DNA of 64,000 bases from Takakia lepidozioides. Lineage: Eukaryota; Plantae; Bryophyta. The position numbers were made by a program, and so were the translations under genes. The stretch covers positions 22,444,001 to 22,508,000 of the forward strand of contig CM060732.1 of assembly GCA_030704615.1 (NCBI GenBank), read 5' to 3'. A model generated the notes under the pieces. That model ran no database searches. It was not told where the DNA came from and worked only from the letters and a program-made list of their open reading frames with translations. This document shows positions 36,420 to 48,731 of this stretch, piece by piece (position 1 is the stretch's first letter; each line of letters opens with the position of its first letter).

Positions 36420-39400
36420 GTCTAAGTATTTTAGAACACCGGATCCACGCTGGATACACCTACGGCTGGCCACTAAAAAGTCAGGGGATATGGACTCGGC
36501 CGCGTGAAGTGCCATTGCTTCGGCATAAACAGGCAGCAGAAAATTGGAAAGGGGGCTGTCGAAAACAGACTCGCCAGAAATGATTGTATCTCCTGAAGAT
36601 CCACCACTGCCTTTCCTGAAAGACAGCCTGAAAAAGTTATTACTGTAGCTTTGATGTTATCGAGAAATTGAGTATGACTCCCAAAGAGGGTTTAGCACTT
36701 ACTCACATGAAAAGTCGTTGTCGACCTGCTTATCTTCGGGATCGTCATCATTTTGAATTTGAATCCGATCAGTCTGTGTGCCTGAAGTGGAGCCAGACAA
36801 AAGGGGGAGGAGCACTGTGTTGTAGAGGTCAGAATCACCCTCCATGCCAAAAATGTTTCTTCCGCCTGCCTTGCATGCATGGTAAGTTGCTCCTGCACCA
36901 GACAGGAGAACATGAACAGTTTGGAGGGGGGGATTTAAGCAGATGAAACTGTTGAAAGGAAACCAATTCGGAAGGGAAAAAACGAACCTGTGGACACAGA
37001 AAGATCGACCACCCGTGCAGAGCGGTGGCTGCATGACTCCAGCAGTATTTGCATGAACGCTGGGGACTTTTCCTTTGCACCTCTCCAGGGAGTGCCATCT
37101 GGTCTCTTCAGAGTCTGACTGGACTGCATGAAGTTGTACAAAATGTCATCGACATGGGGCTCATAGGGGGGGTTGACGAAACAACCCTGGTCAGAAATCT
37201 CAAAGCTGCGGATGGAGGATGGTGTCTTTGAGGTGCGAATCCTCCGCAGGCAGATCGCCTCGAACATCCTCGTCTGCCAAAGATAGCAGGTTAGTGTGGT
37301 AAACACAATCTATAGTGGAAGTGTGTACATCGGCTATTCAGAACTCAGACACAAAAAAATCATAAATCGGTGATGATCGGTGTCGATCATAACACATTCT
37401 ACTAGAGTGGAGCTGCAGAGAAAATTGAAACTCATGATCAAAGCACAAGCAGAAGGGAGATGACATACCAGCTGACCAGGGAAACCCCCTTTCACAAGGT
37501 AGAGGCTGTTCACACAATTCCATGTGCGCAAAACTTCAAACCCTGAAGACTTGAGGTATGATGCCAATGCCCGACGACTATCATTGTCACATGACTGAAA
37601 AAGCAGAAGTGTCCCTGCATCAGAGAGGAAGTTGTTACAGAACCCGAACACCCAACTCCAGTAGTTGTCCTCGAATTTGTTCCAGCCTGGCGTCTTGCCC
37701 TTTGGAAGAACTTCTGGCACAGCCTGGCTATCCGGGATGTCGAGAATGACAATGTCGGCCGCATAAGTTTTCTGCACACCGCACACGGAGGTGGGACCTG
37801 TGCTCACCTGCAACAGACATGTTTTTTATAAGAACGATGGCAAGATTGTTTTCAAAGAACGAGACTGAAATACTGCCAACGAAACTTTCAGAGAAAAAGG
37901 AAAGAAACTGGAATTCTCACCAGATTGAGGAATGAGATTATATTGTCCCAGGTAGGGGATGGCACCCCAGTGTATCCTCTCTTTCGACTCTGCATCATCG
38001 AAAGCCAACCCTCATTAACAATTTTCATCTCTCCTGCTGAATCAGAATGGGAAGGGTGTGGCTTGGCATGGAACACGCACTGAAGAGTGCGGGTATATCT
38101 TCCAGCAGTAAAGTCCTGCCCACTCTCCATCTCTTTTTCATTCTCCTTCCCCTTGTCTTTTTCCTTCTCTTTGGACTTGTCTTTGTCCTTTGGCTTTGCT
38201 GGTGAGATGGCTATGACATCAACAGCCTTGTCTTTTGGTTTGCGGCCCGCCTTCTTTCCCTTCTGCGGCGTTCCCTGAGCATCAGGCTCCTTGGCAGCCA
38301 ATGTTGCTATGTTTTGTTGATACTCTTCGTCAGTCAAAGGCGCCAGCATCTCAGCGTTATTGTTCAAGTATTTCATATGCTGTTCTTGAAAGGTCGTGTG
38401 CTCAGGTGGGCAGTCAAGGTACCACCCACAGTCTCTGAAGTGAGAAGGACTCCAGTCCTTCAATATCCCTGCAGTATACATGGTTGGATCGTTTGCAGGG
38501 TCCGACCACATGTCAAGATAGTCGGGAATTCCGCTCAGGTGATTTCCTTCCATAAGCACATATTTCGTGTACCTGGAAAAAGGAGATAAATCCCAACCCA
38601 CAAAAGCGCTCAGTGAGTAAGATGCAAGTAGAACAGAATGAAAAAAACATAGATTGAAATGGCTCTGAGAACTGCTCCAAGGACCTTTCAGGACCACACT
38701 ACTGCTCTAGATATGAATGTCGTCAACGCCATTCAAAACATTCCATTCAATGATACTGTAAATACACCCTAATCCAGGTGAATGCAAATTATCGTTTAGG
38801 AATGACACAGACATAGAAGTGAATGTCGTCAACGACATTCACTAATGAAGCCAAATTATTACTTAAATGAAGCAAAATCACAGGATGGAAATCAAAAAAT
38901 CGAGTAAGGAACCCTCCAGGAAAACTCAATGCACATTCATAACGAACATATCACTGAGGACCTCACAACATCACTGTATGTGAATGGCGTCAACGCCATT
39001 CACAAAAATACCAAAACGAAACCAATTACTTAGCTCCCAATCCATGTAAATTCAATTTGTCGCTGTTGAATAATACAGACACAGCAGTGAATGTTGTCAA
39101 CGACATTCACTTTGGATTTTTCATAACAGAGCTTATCAAGCCTCCAGATTCCTCGCAAGAGGCAAAAACAATGCAGAACAACTGAATGTCTGCATTGACA
39201 TTCAGCAAAATGAAGTGAGGAACCCTCACTGTAACCTCTATGGACATTACAAAAATTTACATAACTCTGAGGACCTCTCAACAACTCCGTATGTGAATGT
39301 CGTCAACGCCATTCAAGGACATTATCAATTCTAATCAGGGACACTATAATTGCACCCTTAGATCCTAACCAGGTGAATTCATATACTCGCTTAAGAATGA

Positions 39401-40087
39401 CTCAGACAAAGAAGTGAATATCGTCAACGACATTCAATCTGGATCTAAGATTGCAATCCATATGAAGCCACATTTTTTCCCAAAAAAAACAGTAGAGTTT
39501 CAAGTATGACATTGCACCTCTCGCATCATGGCCCACTCTCCTCCAACCTGACTGTCAAAGTCGTTGGACCGTAAAATGTTACCATCTTTGGAGAACTCCC
39601 GGAAAAAACAGTATCTCCATGTGAGACCTCTCCACTTCCTTATGTATGCCTCCAATGACATTTGGGGAGGGGAAACAATCGAAATGTTCAGGTCCTTCAA
39701 AGTCTAATCCAGCACAATGACGGCGCGCTTTTCGAGCTGCAAATAGTATATTTGTCAGAATTGCAAATAAGATACTCATCACATACTTGAAGAGAAGAAA
39801 ACAACATGTTTGAATACACACCTGACTCCAAAATGTAGCCTTGTGGAGCCAGTTATCAAACACCAAATCACTGATTCCTTCCACCTTTGTGCCAGGCTGT
39901 ATGGTGCTCTTTGGGAACTGATTCAAGTCCTTTACTGTTTGATCTGAGTTCCATATCTCCAGCCACCTTATTTTTGTTTGTGGGTCGACCATCGATATGG
40001 CCAGCCGGTGCAATTTCTCCTGCTGCATCTTCCGGATGCACATGCTTGTCATAGTGTGTTTTGATTTGCTGAAGGAACTCAGGACCA
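36420..40087 (-). pseudogene. 3' half of second ParB-MTase gene (amino-methyltransferase-like domain)
   Basis: ADIVILDIPD near 37735; PWRGAKEKSPAFMQILLESCS..ARVVDLSVSTG/ATYHACKAGGRNIFGMEGD; exon-by-exon similarity to 19830-22800 (EKLHRLA, RYTKY..GNHLS, RDCGWY). Confidence 0.72.
38714..39437. repeat. Intronic dispersed array of palindrome TGAATGTCGT-CA-ACGACATTCA
   Basis: About 7 copies near 38714, 38820, 38981, 39088, 39183, 39294 and 39415. Confidence 0.85.
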
Positions 40088-40172
40088 TGTCGTGCGCATA
40101 CGTATCGCAACACAACTACATCGCTGTCCAAACCACACCACACATACATGCACAATAAAGTAGTCTACCACA
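40088..40172 (-). repeat. Terminal 85-bp segment A (copy of the LTR U3 start)
   Basis: Identical to 40534-40618. Confidence 0.95.
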
Positions 40173-40176
40173 ATAG

Positions 40177-40618
40177 TGATAAGAAAGCTAAAAGGACACA
40201 CACTCCCAACACAAGAAATATGAAATCCATCGCTATCACTCTTTAAAACAGAAGTCGAGCCAGGGGCACCCCAAGCTGTGGGGACTCCACCCCACAACAA
40301 CCTACACTCCCATCATGAGCACACTCAGTCCTAAACGATGCAGGAGCTCGGTCGCGCAGGCTCAACTCGAGAGAGATGAGCTGCGCGACTGCCGCTCTCG
40401 TGAAGATAAGACGGGTCAGGTGTCAAACTAAACTTGACACCTGATTTAACACTTGACCTAAATCCAAGTGTTAAATACAAATAACTAGCTTTATTCTAGC
40501 TAGTTTCACACTGTGCTTATTTAACTTGACAGCTGTCGTGCGCATACGTATCGCAACACAACTACATCGCTGTCCAAACCACACCACACATACATGCACA
40601 ATAAAGTAGTCTACCACA
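40177..40618 (-). repeat. Full 442-bp LTR (A + GC + B), preceded by a polypurine tract
   Basis: Minus strand reads TAGGGGGGCG-AT-TGTGG...TTATCA; internal palindrome GACAGCTGTC at 40528-40537; B part matches 51550-51904 with about 2 mismatches. Confidence 0.92.
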
Positions 40619-40877
40619 ATCGCCCCCCTAGCTGGTGGATAGGTCCCTCTACCTCCAGATAGCTACAAGACGTAATAGCCATAGCCGTACTAAGTCCTCT
40701 ATCACTGTCCCTATCGTACTCAAACTCTATAGACCAAGAGGCCGGGTACAAGAGTAGCCCCATCGTTAGTCGCCGTCTTGCAATCTGTGAACTTGAGCCA
40801 GGACTTTGTGTATTCAAGGTCTCCTGTAGCTGGGCCTTGCGTTGCTTGTTAGCCTTCCATGGTTGTATCCACTCCCA

Positions 40878-42188
40878 CTATCCAATGCATCGTGGACATA
40901 ACCAATCCCCATCCAGAACCATCTCAAGAGGTGGAGTCAAGCATCCCATATGCCAACCTCTAGAGCATCGATCACACAGCAGCATGGTGGTTGCCCCTTT
41001 AGCAGACCCACACAACATGCACCTCAAACCTGCAAATACCACTGCCAGGTTTGGGTCAATCCTGCCATCGACATTCGGAAGGTGACATGGCGCACAATTA
41101 CGCACATGGTCCTTCCAAGTTATGCCATCCCGACCCTCCAAGACCAAGACGCTTGAGGGCAAGACCTCTCGAACCCTCAAAATAACACGTCCTGCAGTCA
41201 CATCCAGGGTCGTAGGAGCAGTCTGCTGCAGATAGACATAGTCACCAGGGTTGAATCTCCGAACCCCAGGACGATAGCCCCCACCACGTATGGTAGCATA
41301 CCTCAACGTATCACGGTGTTGTGCAATGGCAAGGTTCTCGAAAGCCATGGGCATGACTCTCTTGAACAACTCTGCACGCTGCTCACATGCACGTGCCCAC
41401 ACGTCCGGATCGTCAAGGTTAAGAACTGTAGCAGCTTCTCTGCGAATGGATGTAGGCAAATCCGGCTCTCGGCCAAAGAGAAGAAAGTATGGTGAGAAGG
41501 AGGCAAGTGATGCTTGCTTGCTGAACCTGTAGCCCATGGCTAACCAGGGTAACTGAAGGTCCCAATCTCCTAGGTGTCCCTTCTGCAAGCCATACTTGCG
41601 CAAACCCCTCTTTACTGTCTGAACAACTCTCTCTGCCAAGCCATCGGCCTCAGGATGATCCCGAGAAGTGGTGCGGTGGTCTATCAAGGCCTTGTCACAC
41701 AAAGCCTGAAACTCCCCCAAGAACTCTCTCCCTTGGTCCGTGAGTACCTCAGCTGGAGCACCGAATCGGCTAAGCACACAATCCAGGAATGCATACGCAG
41801 CTCCCTCACTAGCCTTATCAGGCAATGGAACCAATTCAATCCACTTGGAGAAGTGCTCCACCATCACCAACACGTACTTGTTGTGGCGCATGGTCAGTGG
41901 CAACGGCCCTGCGAAGTCAAGACTCCACCTGTAGCCCAATCCCATGATGGGAAGAGGGTGCAATTGTGGAGTAGGGGCGTTGAATGAAGCACGCACCCTG
42001 TCACACACCATGCACCTAGCCACAAATTGTTGCACCTCTGTGTGCATACCACGCCACCAATACTGCCCCTGCAGTAGACTATGAGTGCGTCGCACCCCAA
42101 AATGCCCCAACTCCTCATGGGCATGGCGCACTAACCGTGCCCGCTGTGTTGGGTGAGGCACAATCCTCACTCGACCATCCTCCCACAC
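40878..42188 (-). CDS. Integrase with C-terminal PHD finger (pol C-terminus, separated from RT by one TGA)
   Basis: HEELGH...CMVC; DFAGP/TDQG/GLAER DDE core; CMLC...LLCDRCSRGWHMGCLTPPL...WLCPRC (C4HC3). Confidence 0.96.
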   Translation of the reverse strand: MWEDGRVRIVPHPTQRARLVRHAHEELGHFGVRRTHSLLQGQYWWRGMHTEVQQFVARCMVCDRVRASFNAPTPQLHPLPIMGLGYRWSLDFAGPLPLTMRHNKYVLVMVEHFSKWIELVPLPDKASEGAAYAFLDCVLSRFGAPAEVLTDQGREFLGEFQALCDKALIDHRTTSRDHPEADGLAERVVQTVKRGLRKYGLQKGHLGDWDLQLPWLAMGYRFSKQASLASFSPYFLLFGREPDLPTSIRREAATVLNLDDPDVWARACEQRAELFKRVMPMAFENLAIAQHRDTLRYATIRGGGYRPGVRRFNPGDYVYLQQTAPTTLDVTAGRVILRVREVLPSSVLVLEGRDGITWKDHVRNCAPCHLPNVDGRIDPNLAVVFAGLRCMLCGSAKGATTMLLCDRCSRGWHMGCLTPPLEMVLDGDWLCPRCIG

Positions 42189-43853
42189 TCAGAGCAGGTG
42201 TGTCCCTTCCCACTTGAACCTCTTGGCTCGTTGTAGGATCCGATCCCTCTCCTTGGCAGTCACAGTGGCTGCCGTGTCTCCAGTGCGGAGGTAGTCCAAC
42301 ACAACTGAATCCTCATGTATATCTTTGGCGCCACCTTGCTCATTGCTGGCCTCAGGGTCCTCAGACACTTGATCTACAGTCATCCCTGTTGCAGGTCCAA
42401 CCTGGCCTTCCGCTGCCAAGATACACAGAAATGCAGATGCATGCCATCCGGGCACCATCTCCTCGTCCGTCTCACCATGCCACCGAGCTCCAGTGTCATC
42501 CTGCTGGCTCGTGCATGGATTGCGACTCAACCCATCTGCATTGCGATTGACCAAACCCGGTCGATGCACCACCTGAAAGTCATACTCTTGAAGGATGAGT
42601 GCCCACCGTGCAAGCTTCCCCGTAAGCTTGTCTGACTCCATCAACCACTTGAGTGGTTGGTGATCCGTGACAAGGGTGAAGAGATTGCCATATAGATAGC
42701 ACCTGAAGTGTGCCACGGCCCACACTGCAGCTAAGCATTCTCCCTCATATGAGCTATACTTAGACTCTGCAGCATTGTTCGAGCGGCTAGCATAAGCCAC
42801 TACGAACTCTCTTCCCTCATCATCCACCTGTGTGAGCACCGCTCCAAGCCCCAGCATGCTCCAATCTGTATGCAGCTGAAAAGGACGCCCCCTGATAGGT
42901 CGTCTCAAGATGGGCGCCGAGGTCAACCTCGCCTTGAGCTCTTGAAAAGCTTGTTCTTGCTCATCTTCCCACTGCCACTCCTGGTCCACCTTGGTCAGCT
43001 TGGTTAGAGCCTTTGCAATGGCACTGAATCCCTTAACAAACCGTCTGTAATAGTTTGCTAACCCCATGAAAGCTCGAACTCGGCTCACATCCGTGGGGCG
43101 TGGAACCTGTGCAATGGACTCTACCTTAGTCTGCTGTACCCCCAATCCTCCAGGATATATCATGTGACCCAGATACTCAATCTGGTTGTGGAAAAACTTG
43201 CACTTGCCCGGATGTAACTTCAATCCGTGCGTCCTTAAGCGCTCAAATACCCCCTGAAGGTGTCTCTCATGCTCCTCCACCGTAGCACTAAAGATGATGA
43301 TGTCATCTATGTAGCACCGAGCAAACTCCACCCCTGCTAGAATCCTGTCCATGACTCTTTGAAACTCAGCGGGAGCGTTTTTAAGCCCAAATGGTAAGAA
43401 CCGCCACTGGTATAGGCAATCCTTCCCGTGCTCATTGATCCCCCAGAATGCCGTCTTTTGCTTATCCGCCTCCTTGATCGGCAACTGGTGATATCCGGAT
43501 CGTAAATCCAACGTGCTAAAGACCTTGGAATGCCCAATGGCATCAAAGATCTCCTCTGGTGTTGGCATGGCATACCTATCGGACTTGGTCTGACGATTTA
43601 CAGGCCGGTAATCACCGCACATACGTCTCTCCGTCCAATTGCCATAGACATCCTTCTTAGCTGGCATCACTGTGGCTGAAGCATACTCTCCACCAGAGAG
43701 CTCCACCAAACCTGCCTCCCAGAGATCTTGAGTCCTCATCTGAATCAAAGACCTCTCCATGTCACTGTATCTATAGGGTCTCCGAAAGATTGGCGTGTCA
43801 GTGGCCAACTCAATACGGATCTCTTGACCCTTCAGTGCTCCCAAGTCCTTCAA
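42189..43853 (-). CDS. Reverse transcriptase and RNase H
   Basis: RMCGDYRPVN, LDLRSGYHQ, LPFGLKNAP, YIDD, LHTDWS, YSSYEGECLA. Confidence 0.97.
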   Translation of the reverse strand: MKDLGALKGQEIRIELATDTPIFRRPYRYSDMERSLIQMRTQDLWEAGLVELSGGEYASATVMPAKKDVYGNWTERRMCGDYRPVNRQTKSDRYAMPTPEEIFDAIGHSKVFSTLDLRSGYHQLPIKEADKQKTAFWGINEHGKDCLYQWRFLPFGLKNAPAEFQRVMDRILAGVEFARCYIDDIIIFSATVEEHERHLQGVFERLRTHGLKLHPGKCKFFHNQIEYLGHMIYPGGLGVQQTKVESIAQVPRPTDVSRVRAFMGLANYYRRFVKGFSAIAKALTKLTKVDQEWQWEDEQEQAFQELKARLTSAPILRRPIRGRPFQLHTDWSMLGLGAVLTQVDDEGREFVVAYASRSNNAAESKYSSYEGECLAAVWAVAHFRCYLYGNLFTLVTDHQPLKWLMESDKLTGKLARWALILQEYDFQVVHRPGLVNRNADGLSRNPCTSQQDDTGARWHGETDEEMVPGWHASAFLCILAAEGQVGPATGMTVDQVSEDPEASNEQGGAKDIHEDSVVLDYLRTGDTAATVTAKERDRILQRAKRFKWEGTHLL

Positions 43854-44309
43854 ACTGAAAGCAAAGCAATTCCTGTAAGCCCTCAGGAACCGCCGTATAC
43901 GTCATCTCTCTCCTCCGGTGACAATGGGTCCAATGTCAGGCTCCCAATTGTCCTCCGTAACTGCAATCTTAAGTCCAGTGGGCTTAGAGGTAGAGGACGC
44001 GTCCCGTGGTTGCTATGCTGCAACCTCTTGAGCAGTACCCCCTTCCTGCTCAGTCAATGACAAGGCCTCATCCTGCCCCATCATCTCATCATTGAGAACC
44101 TCCTCAACCCGAGAAAAATCCCCAACCTCATCCATCACAGCTGCCTTGGCTGCCAACTCCCTTGGACCTCGAGCACCTCCCACGTGTGCCATGGATGTCT
44201 ACACCCCGTGGTCCTCACCGGCTCGCCCCCACTCGCTGCCTGTACCGTCTCGGTAGGCAGAGAGACCATGAAGGGGAGTGCACTCCGCACTCTACGTTGC
44301 TCAGCCATA

Positions 44310-45260
44310 GCCAAGCTGATAATCCAGGTCAAGCAATTGAGATCCATTGCTTGCCCCAACACCTGACGCCGTGATGCCTCAGAAAGAGAAGGCACCGCCG
44401 TGGTCCCAGTGGAAAACCCCATAGCCCGCTCTCGCTCGTCGGCATTAGGCTCCACTAACTGCTGCAACTGAGCATCCCACAAGAGGCCAGGTCCACCATC
44501 CCGAAAAGCATGGGATCCTGGGAAGCTGAGCAGTGTAGGTAATGCTGCTCGTGGTTGACCCACCCTGTTGACCACTGCCAAAGGCGAACGGTCATCGTGT
44601 CTCACACGTTGAGACTGCCTCCCTGTGTCCAAAATGCCATCCACGGTGAGGTGTGCTGGCCGCTGCACCCCATCAAATGCACGCTTGAGCAGTGCGGGTG
44701 GCATCAAGTTAGTCCACCATAGCCGTGGACGATGAGCCCGTGATCCCACTGCAGCTGCATCCAGCAGCACTGCTGACCCAAGCCATGATCGGACTTGATG
44801 CACACTGGCCATCACCCTGGCCCGAGAATCGCCCATCAGTGGCACATTCTCCAAGATGTATGCTGGCGATACAGCTTGATGAAGCTGCAAGTGGCGCAAA
44901 ATCCGCACCATCTCCCAAAACAGACCCGTCCTCAAGTCTCGCAATCCATTGCCATGCCGGCTGATGAATGCCCTTGGCAGGGCCAACCTGCCACTACCAG
45001 ATCAATGGAGCCAACCCGCTCCAAATCCTGCGCCCCCAGCAACGCAATGTCTGCTGGCAAGGCCTGCTGATATCCACGAACTGCAGACACCGGCAACAAC
45101 TCAGGGTACTGCTGCAGCATCTGAGCAACATGGCGCAGTGAGACGCGTCGTGCAGTCTCATCCCTCTCCACATACAGGTAACGTCGAACTCGTACACCTG
45201 CCTGCAGCACTGCAGCCAATCCAGTGCTGATCCCGCCAAATAAGTCCAGAAGGCATATGC
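44310..45260 (-). CDS. C5 cytosine DNA methyltransferase domain (DNMT3-like motif style) inside pol, with a 1-nt frameshift near 44957
   Basis: Motif I LLDLFGGISTG, II YVERD, IV DLVVAGWPCQGHS, VI YILENV, VIII AHRPRLWWTN, IX ERERAMGF, X RRQVLGQAMD. Confidence 0.93.
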
Positions 45261-48191
45261 CTTCATCCGGCCGCTGCCACACAAGAGGTGTGGTGTCCAA
45301 TGGCGACAACTGAGGTTTCCCTGGTGCAATCACTGCACTCTCCTCCTCTCCTGACGGTACAAAAGCTTCTACCCAAGCTTGTTGCACCCGTTTATCAGCA
45401 GGTTGCTGCAAATCCTTGCTCGTACCCCACAATGGAGTGTGAGCAACCATGGCAGGCAACTCCGCCATACCATGCATATCATCCTGCTCTGCTGGAGGTG
45501 GCACATCCTCTGCATGGGCATTGCCTTCCAGCAACTCTCCAGGCCAACTAACTGCAGCTGTAAAGGCGGCTAGTGTTGGCATCTTGCCCCGCTGGGCAGC
45601 CGCTATACCCCCAATGAATGTCACAGGGAGCTGTGCACGGCGACCATCGTCTGACTGCCATCCAGGCCTGTAGGATGCTGACTCCTCCCAAAAGTCCAGG
45701 GTGAAGCCCATGGGATATAATACTGCCCCACCAACGAGGACATCGTAAGAGATCGCGTCTGTCACAATGGCCTTGGCTCGCATCACTGAGCCATCTCTAG
45801 GATGATCCGGCTGCAGTCTAATGGCCAACTGATGCCGTGTCATGCCCCGAGCCTGCTCTGATCCTCCCAGAGATGTCTGTATCTGGAAAGGACAAGGCTC
45901 CATATCCGCCTCCATGAGGCCCAAACCTGCAATAGCAGCTCTGCCCAACATCAGTGGCTGGGCTCCCGAGTCCAACAAGAGCCGCAGTGGCCGGTACTTC
46001 TTGCCTGCCGGTCCACTCAAAGTGAAAATGCCTCCCTGGTTGTCTAACAAGACAACTCCAGGTGTCACTGTGGCGCGCTCAAAGGCTGGCCTAGCTGGCA
46101 GCTCCGTCAATCTGGCAGCTGCAGCTTGCCAGGGCGCTGCCGTGGCAGTCTTGACCCTCAAATCCGAGGATCCCTCTGCCACTACACCTTCCACTAACTC
46201 CGCAGAAGATGAAGTGACCTCCCCACTCTCACAGAGTGTTGCTGCTAGTCTGAACACTGCAGCTGGTCTCACTCTCGGCGTCGCAATCATGGTTGCCGAG
46301 AACAGTGGGGCTTGACACACAGAGGTGGCTGCCCCCAACAACACACCGGCTGCACTAGCCTTGGTAGCAGGTGTCAGTGCTGCACGTGTAGCTCTCCCCA
46401 ATGGCATAGAAACCTCCGCCTCGGTAACAGTCGGGCGAGAACTAGGTGCCATGGATGGCGTTGACACTATCTCTGCCAAGGTGAATGACTGAGGCAGCCT
46501 CGCCTGACGGCTTGCCTCCCCACGTTGTGGATCCAACTCCACCTCTGCACCTCGTGGCTCAGGAACTCGTGCTGCTCCTCGAGTCACGGCTGCAGCAGAC
46601 TCCACCTGCACTAGTGGTAGTGCTGCTCCGCACATGAATCCCATACCTCCCATATCTCCTCCCTCAGGATCAGGAGGTGGACCATCCCGCCTGGGAGCCG
46701 GTACCGCCTGAGCTATAGCCATGGCAGCGAGCCTCTGCTCTAGCTGCTGAAGCCGATTGGCCATGCCTTGGTCAACACCCTGAACTCCGCGTCCTTGGCC
46801 ATGTGGAGCTTGCCCTTGGCCTGCACCTCGTGCCCGACCACCTCGTCCTCTTTGGGCTAGTCCACCTCGCCCCCGGCCACCATTGTTCCCTTGGAACTGG
46901 CCTGGGCGCAACTCAGGATGCAAGTCATAACACTGGGCATCTCCATGCCCATACTTGCCGCAATGCCCACACTGCAACTGTGCAGGCTGTGCTTGTGCCG
47001 GCCTTTTGCCACTCTCTGGGCAATCTCTCTTGACATGGGGTCCTCCACATGTCCAACATATCACCCCTGGTTGCTGTTGGCCTGCAAAAGATGCCACGGG
47101 CCTCTGCACCTGAGGTCCCCTGTAAGCTCCATGGAACTTGGGCTGGGCAACCTTGCCCCCTGACCACGCTGTTGGGTAGTACCTTGTGCCTGTGGGCTGG
47201 CAGCTGCGCCTCGTGCAGGCATGTCCTTGCCAAATCCAATGGTAACAACTCGCTCCTCCACCATGTTGAGCTCATTCCGCTCAGCCAGCAGAAACACATC
47301 TGCTAATGTGGGTTGGGCTGCTTGTAACAGGGTTGCATCTCGCACCCTTCTCTTGAGCTCCTTGTCCAGAATTCCATACCAAAACTGGATTGCCTGAGCT
47401 TCAGTAACCCCTTGGGTCACACTTATCAAGCGCCTCATACGAGTGTACGCCTCTCGCAGGCTCTCACTGGGTTTGCGCTGGAAGTCTTGCAAACTTCGCA
47501 GCTTCTCTGTCCGTACACCTTGGTAGTTCCTCCGCAACTCCTGGAAGAACTCCACCACCGGGTTGAATCTAGGCACATGTGTTGTAGTCGTGGCAGGAGG
47601 AGTAGTAGCACCTTTTGAACTGGTACCACCTGCAGAAGTACCAGCACTACTTGCTCCACTACTAGTGCTGGCAGTGGGAGCTATTGGTACTGATGCAGCT
47701 ACTGGTCGCGTCGTGCCTCGAGTAATGGAGACGTAGTCAGGTGACCAATACATCCTCCACTCCTCAATCTCTGGTTCATGTCCTCGCCTGAACTCGTGGT
47801 AATCGTCCATAGGCGGGCCTTCCAAATGCTGGAACAGTCCCTTCCACGCCATGAATGGGGTAAATAGCTGTGGATTGCGCATCTGCTGCAAATCACACCA
47901 GCTGTCGAACTCCTGGATAAAGTCATCCAACTCGATTGTGCCCACAGCTCCAGAGTACCTACGAGGCCCCTTGGTAGCTCCATACATCTCCTCCATGTCG
48001 TCCCACAACAATGGCGAATGAAACTGCACACCTGTTGATGAAGCCTCCGAGTCTGTGTCTGACTCTGCACTAGTTGAAGGGTGGAGGTGAAGGTGGTCTG
48101 AAATGAACACCTCGTCTGGTGAACCCACTCTCACTGCTACTGCCTGTAGCCGTACTCCCCTCAGAACCCCTGGGTAACTCCGTGATGACAC
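45261..48191 (-). CDS. gag (two Zn knuckles) and aspartic protease, frameshift near 47100-47160
   Basis: gag motif QRKPSESLREAY; CWTCGGPHVKRDC and CGHCGKYGHGDAQC; LLLDSGAQ...DVLVG. Confidence 0.92.
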
Positions 48192-48731
48192 TCACAATGT
48201 GCACCTCCCCCACGTGACACTATAAGGCTCTATTACTAATTCTAATAGTGACACGGGTAGGCACCTGTTGCAGTTTAAGGGTCATATCCCAGTGGCTCAG
48301 GGCACCTGCACCTGCATCCACCGCAAGAACTCCTATGGTTGGCTGGTCATCAACCCAGCCTCACCATAGAAGAAACACTGGTGGTCTTGCTGGTCATCAC
48401 TCCAGCCTCACCACCAACAGCATACTCTAGGATTGACCGGTGATCAAATCCGGCCTAATCCCTATGAAAGCAAGCGCCCACACAAAACCAACATGGTGCA
48501 CAGTCAAGCATGCAGGTGTTGGGGGGATCCAAACACAAGAAATCAAAACATCAACACCCCCACACCAAAATCTAGCTGCAATGCTGATCCTGCAGAATAG
48601 CCCAGCCCAAGACCCGGACTGACTGGCCTCCACCAAGAGAGGCTTTGGCAACTACGAGTACAAGGTAATGAAAATAGTACAGAGATGGAGGGGAAGAATA
48701 GAAGCCCGCCCAAGCAAGATCTAATCCTGAT

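Noticed and set aside
40175-40533. Segment B as a separate small element inserted into a short LTR
   Set aside because: An 85-bp duplication is not a TSD, B is also the TSD-bounded 5' end of the element, and the layout recurs in copy 3.
40088-40618. DIRS/PAT/Ngaro element, suggested by split direct repeats
   Set aside because: No tyrosine recombinase; a DDE integrase, protease, PPT and 4-bp TSD are present.
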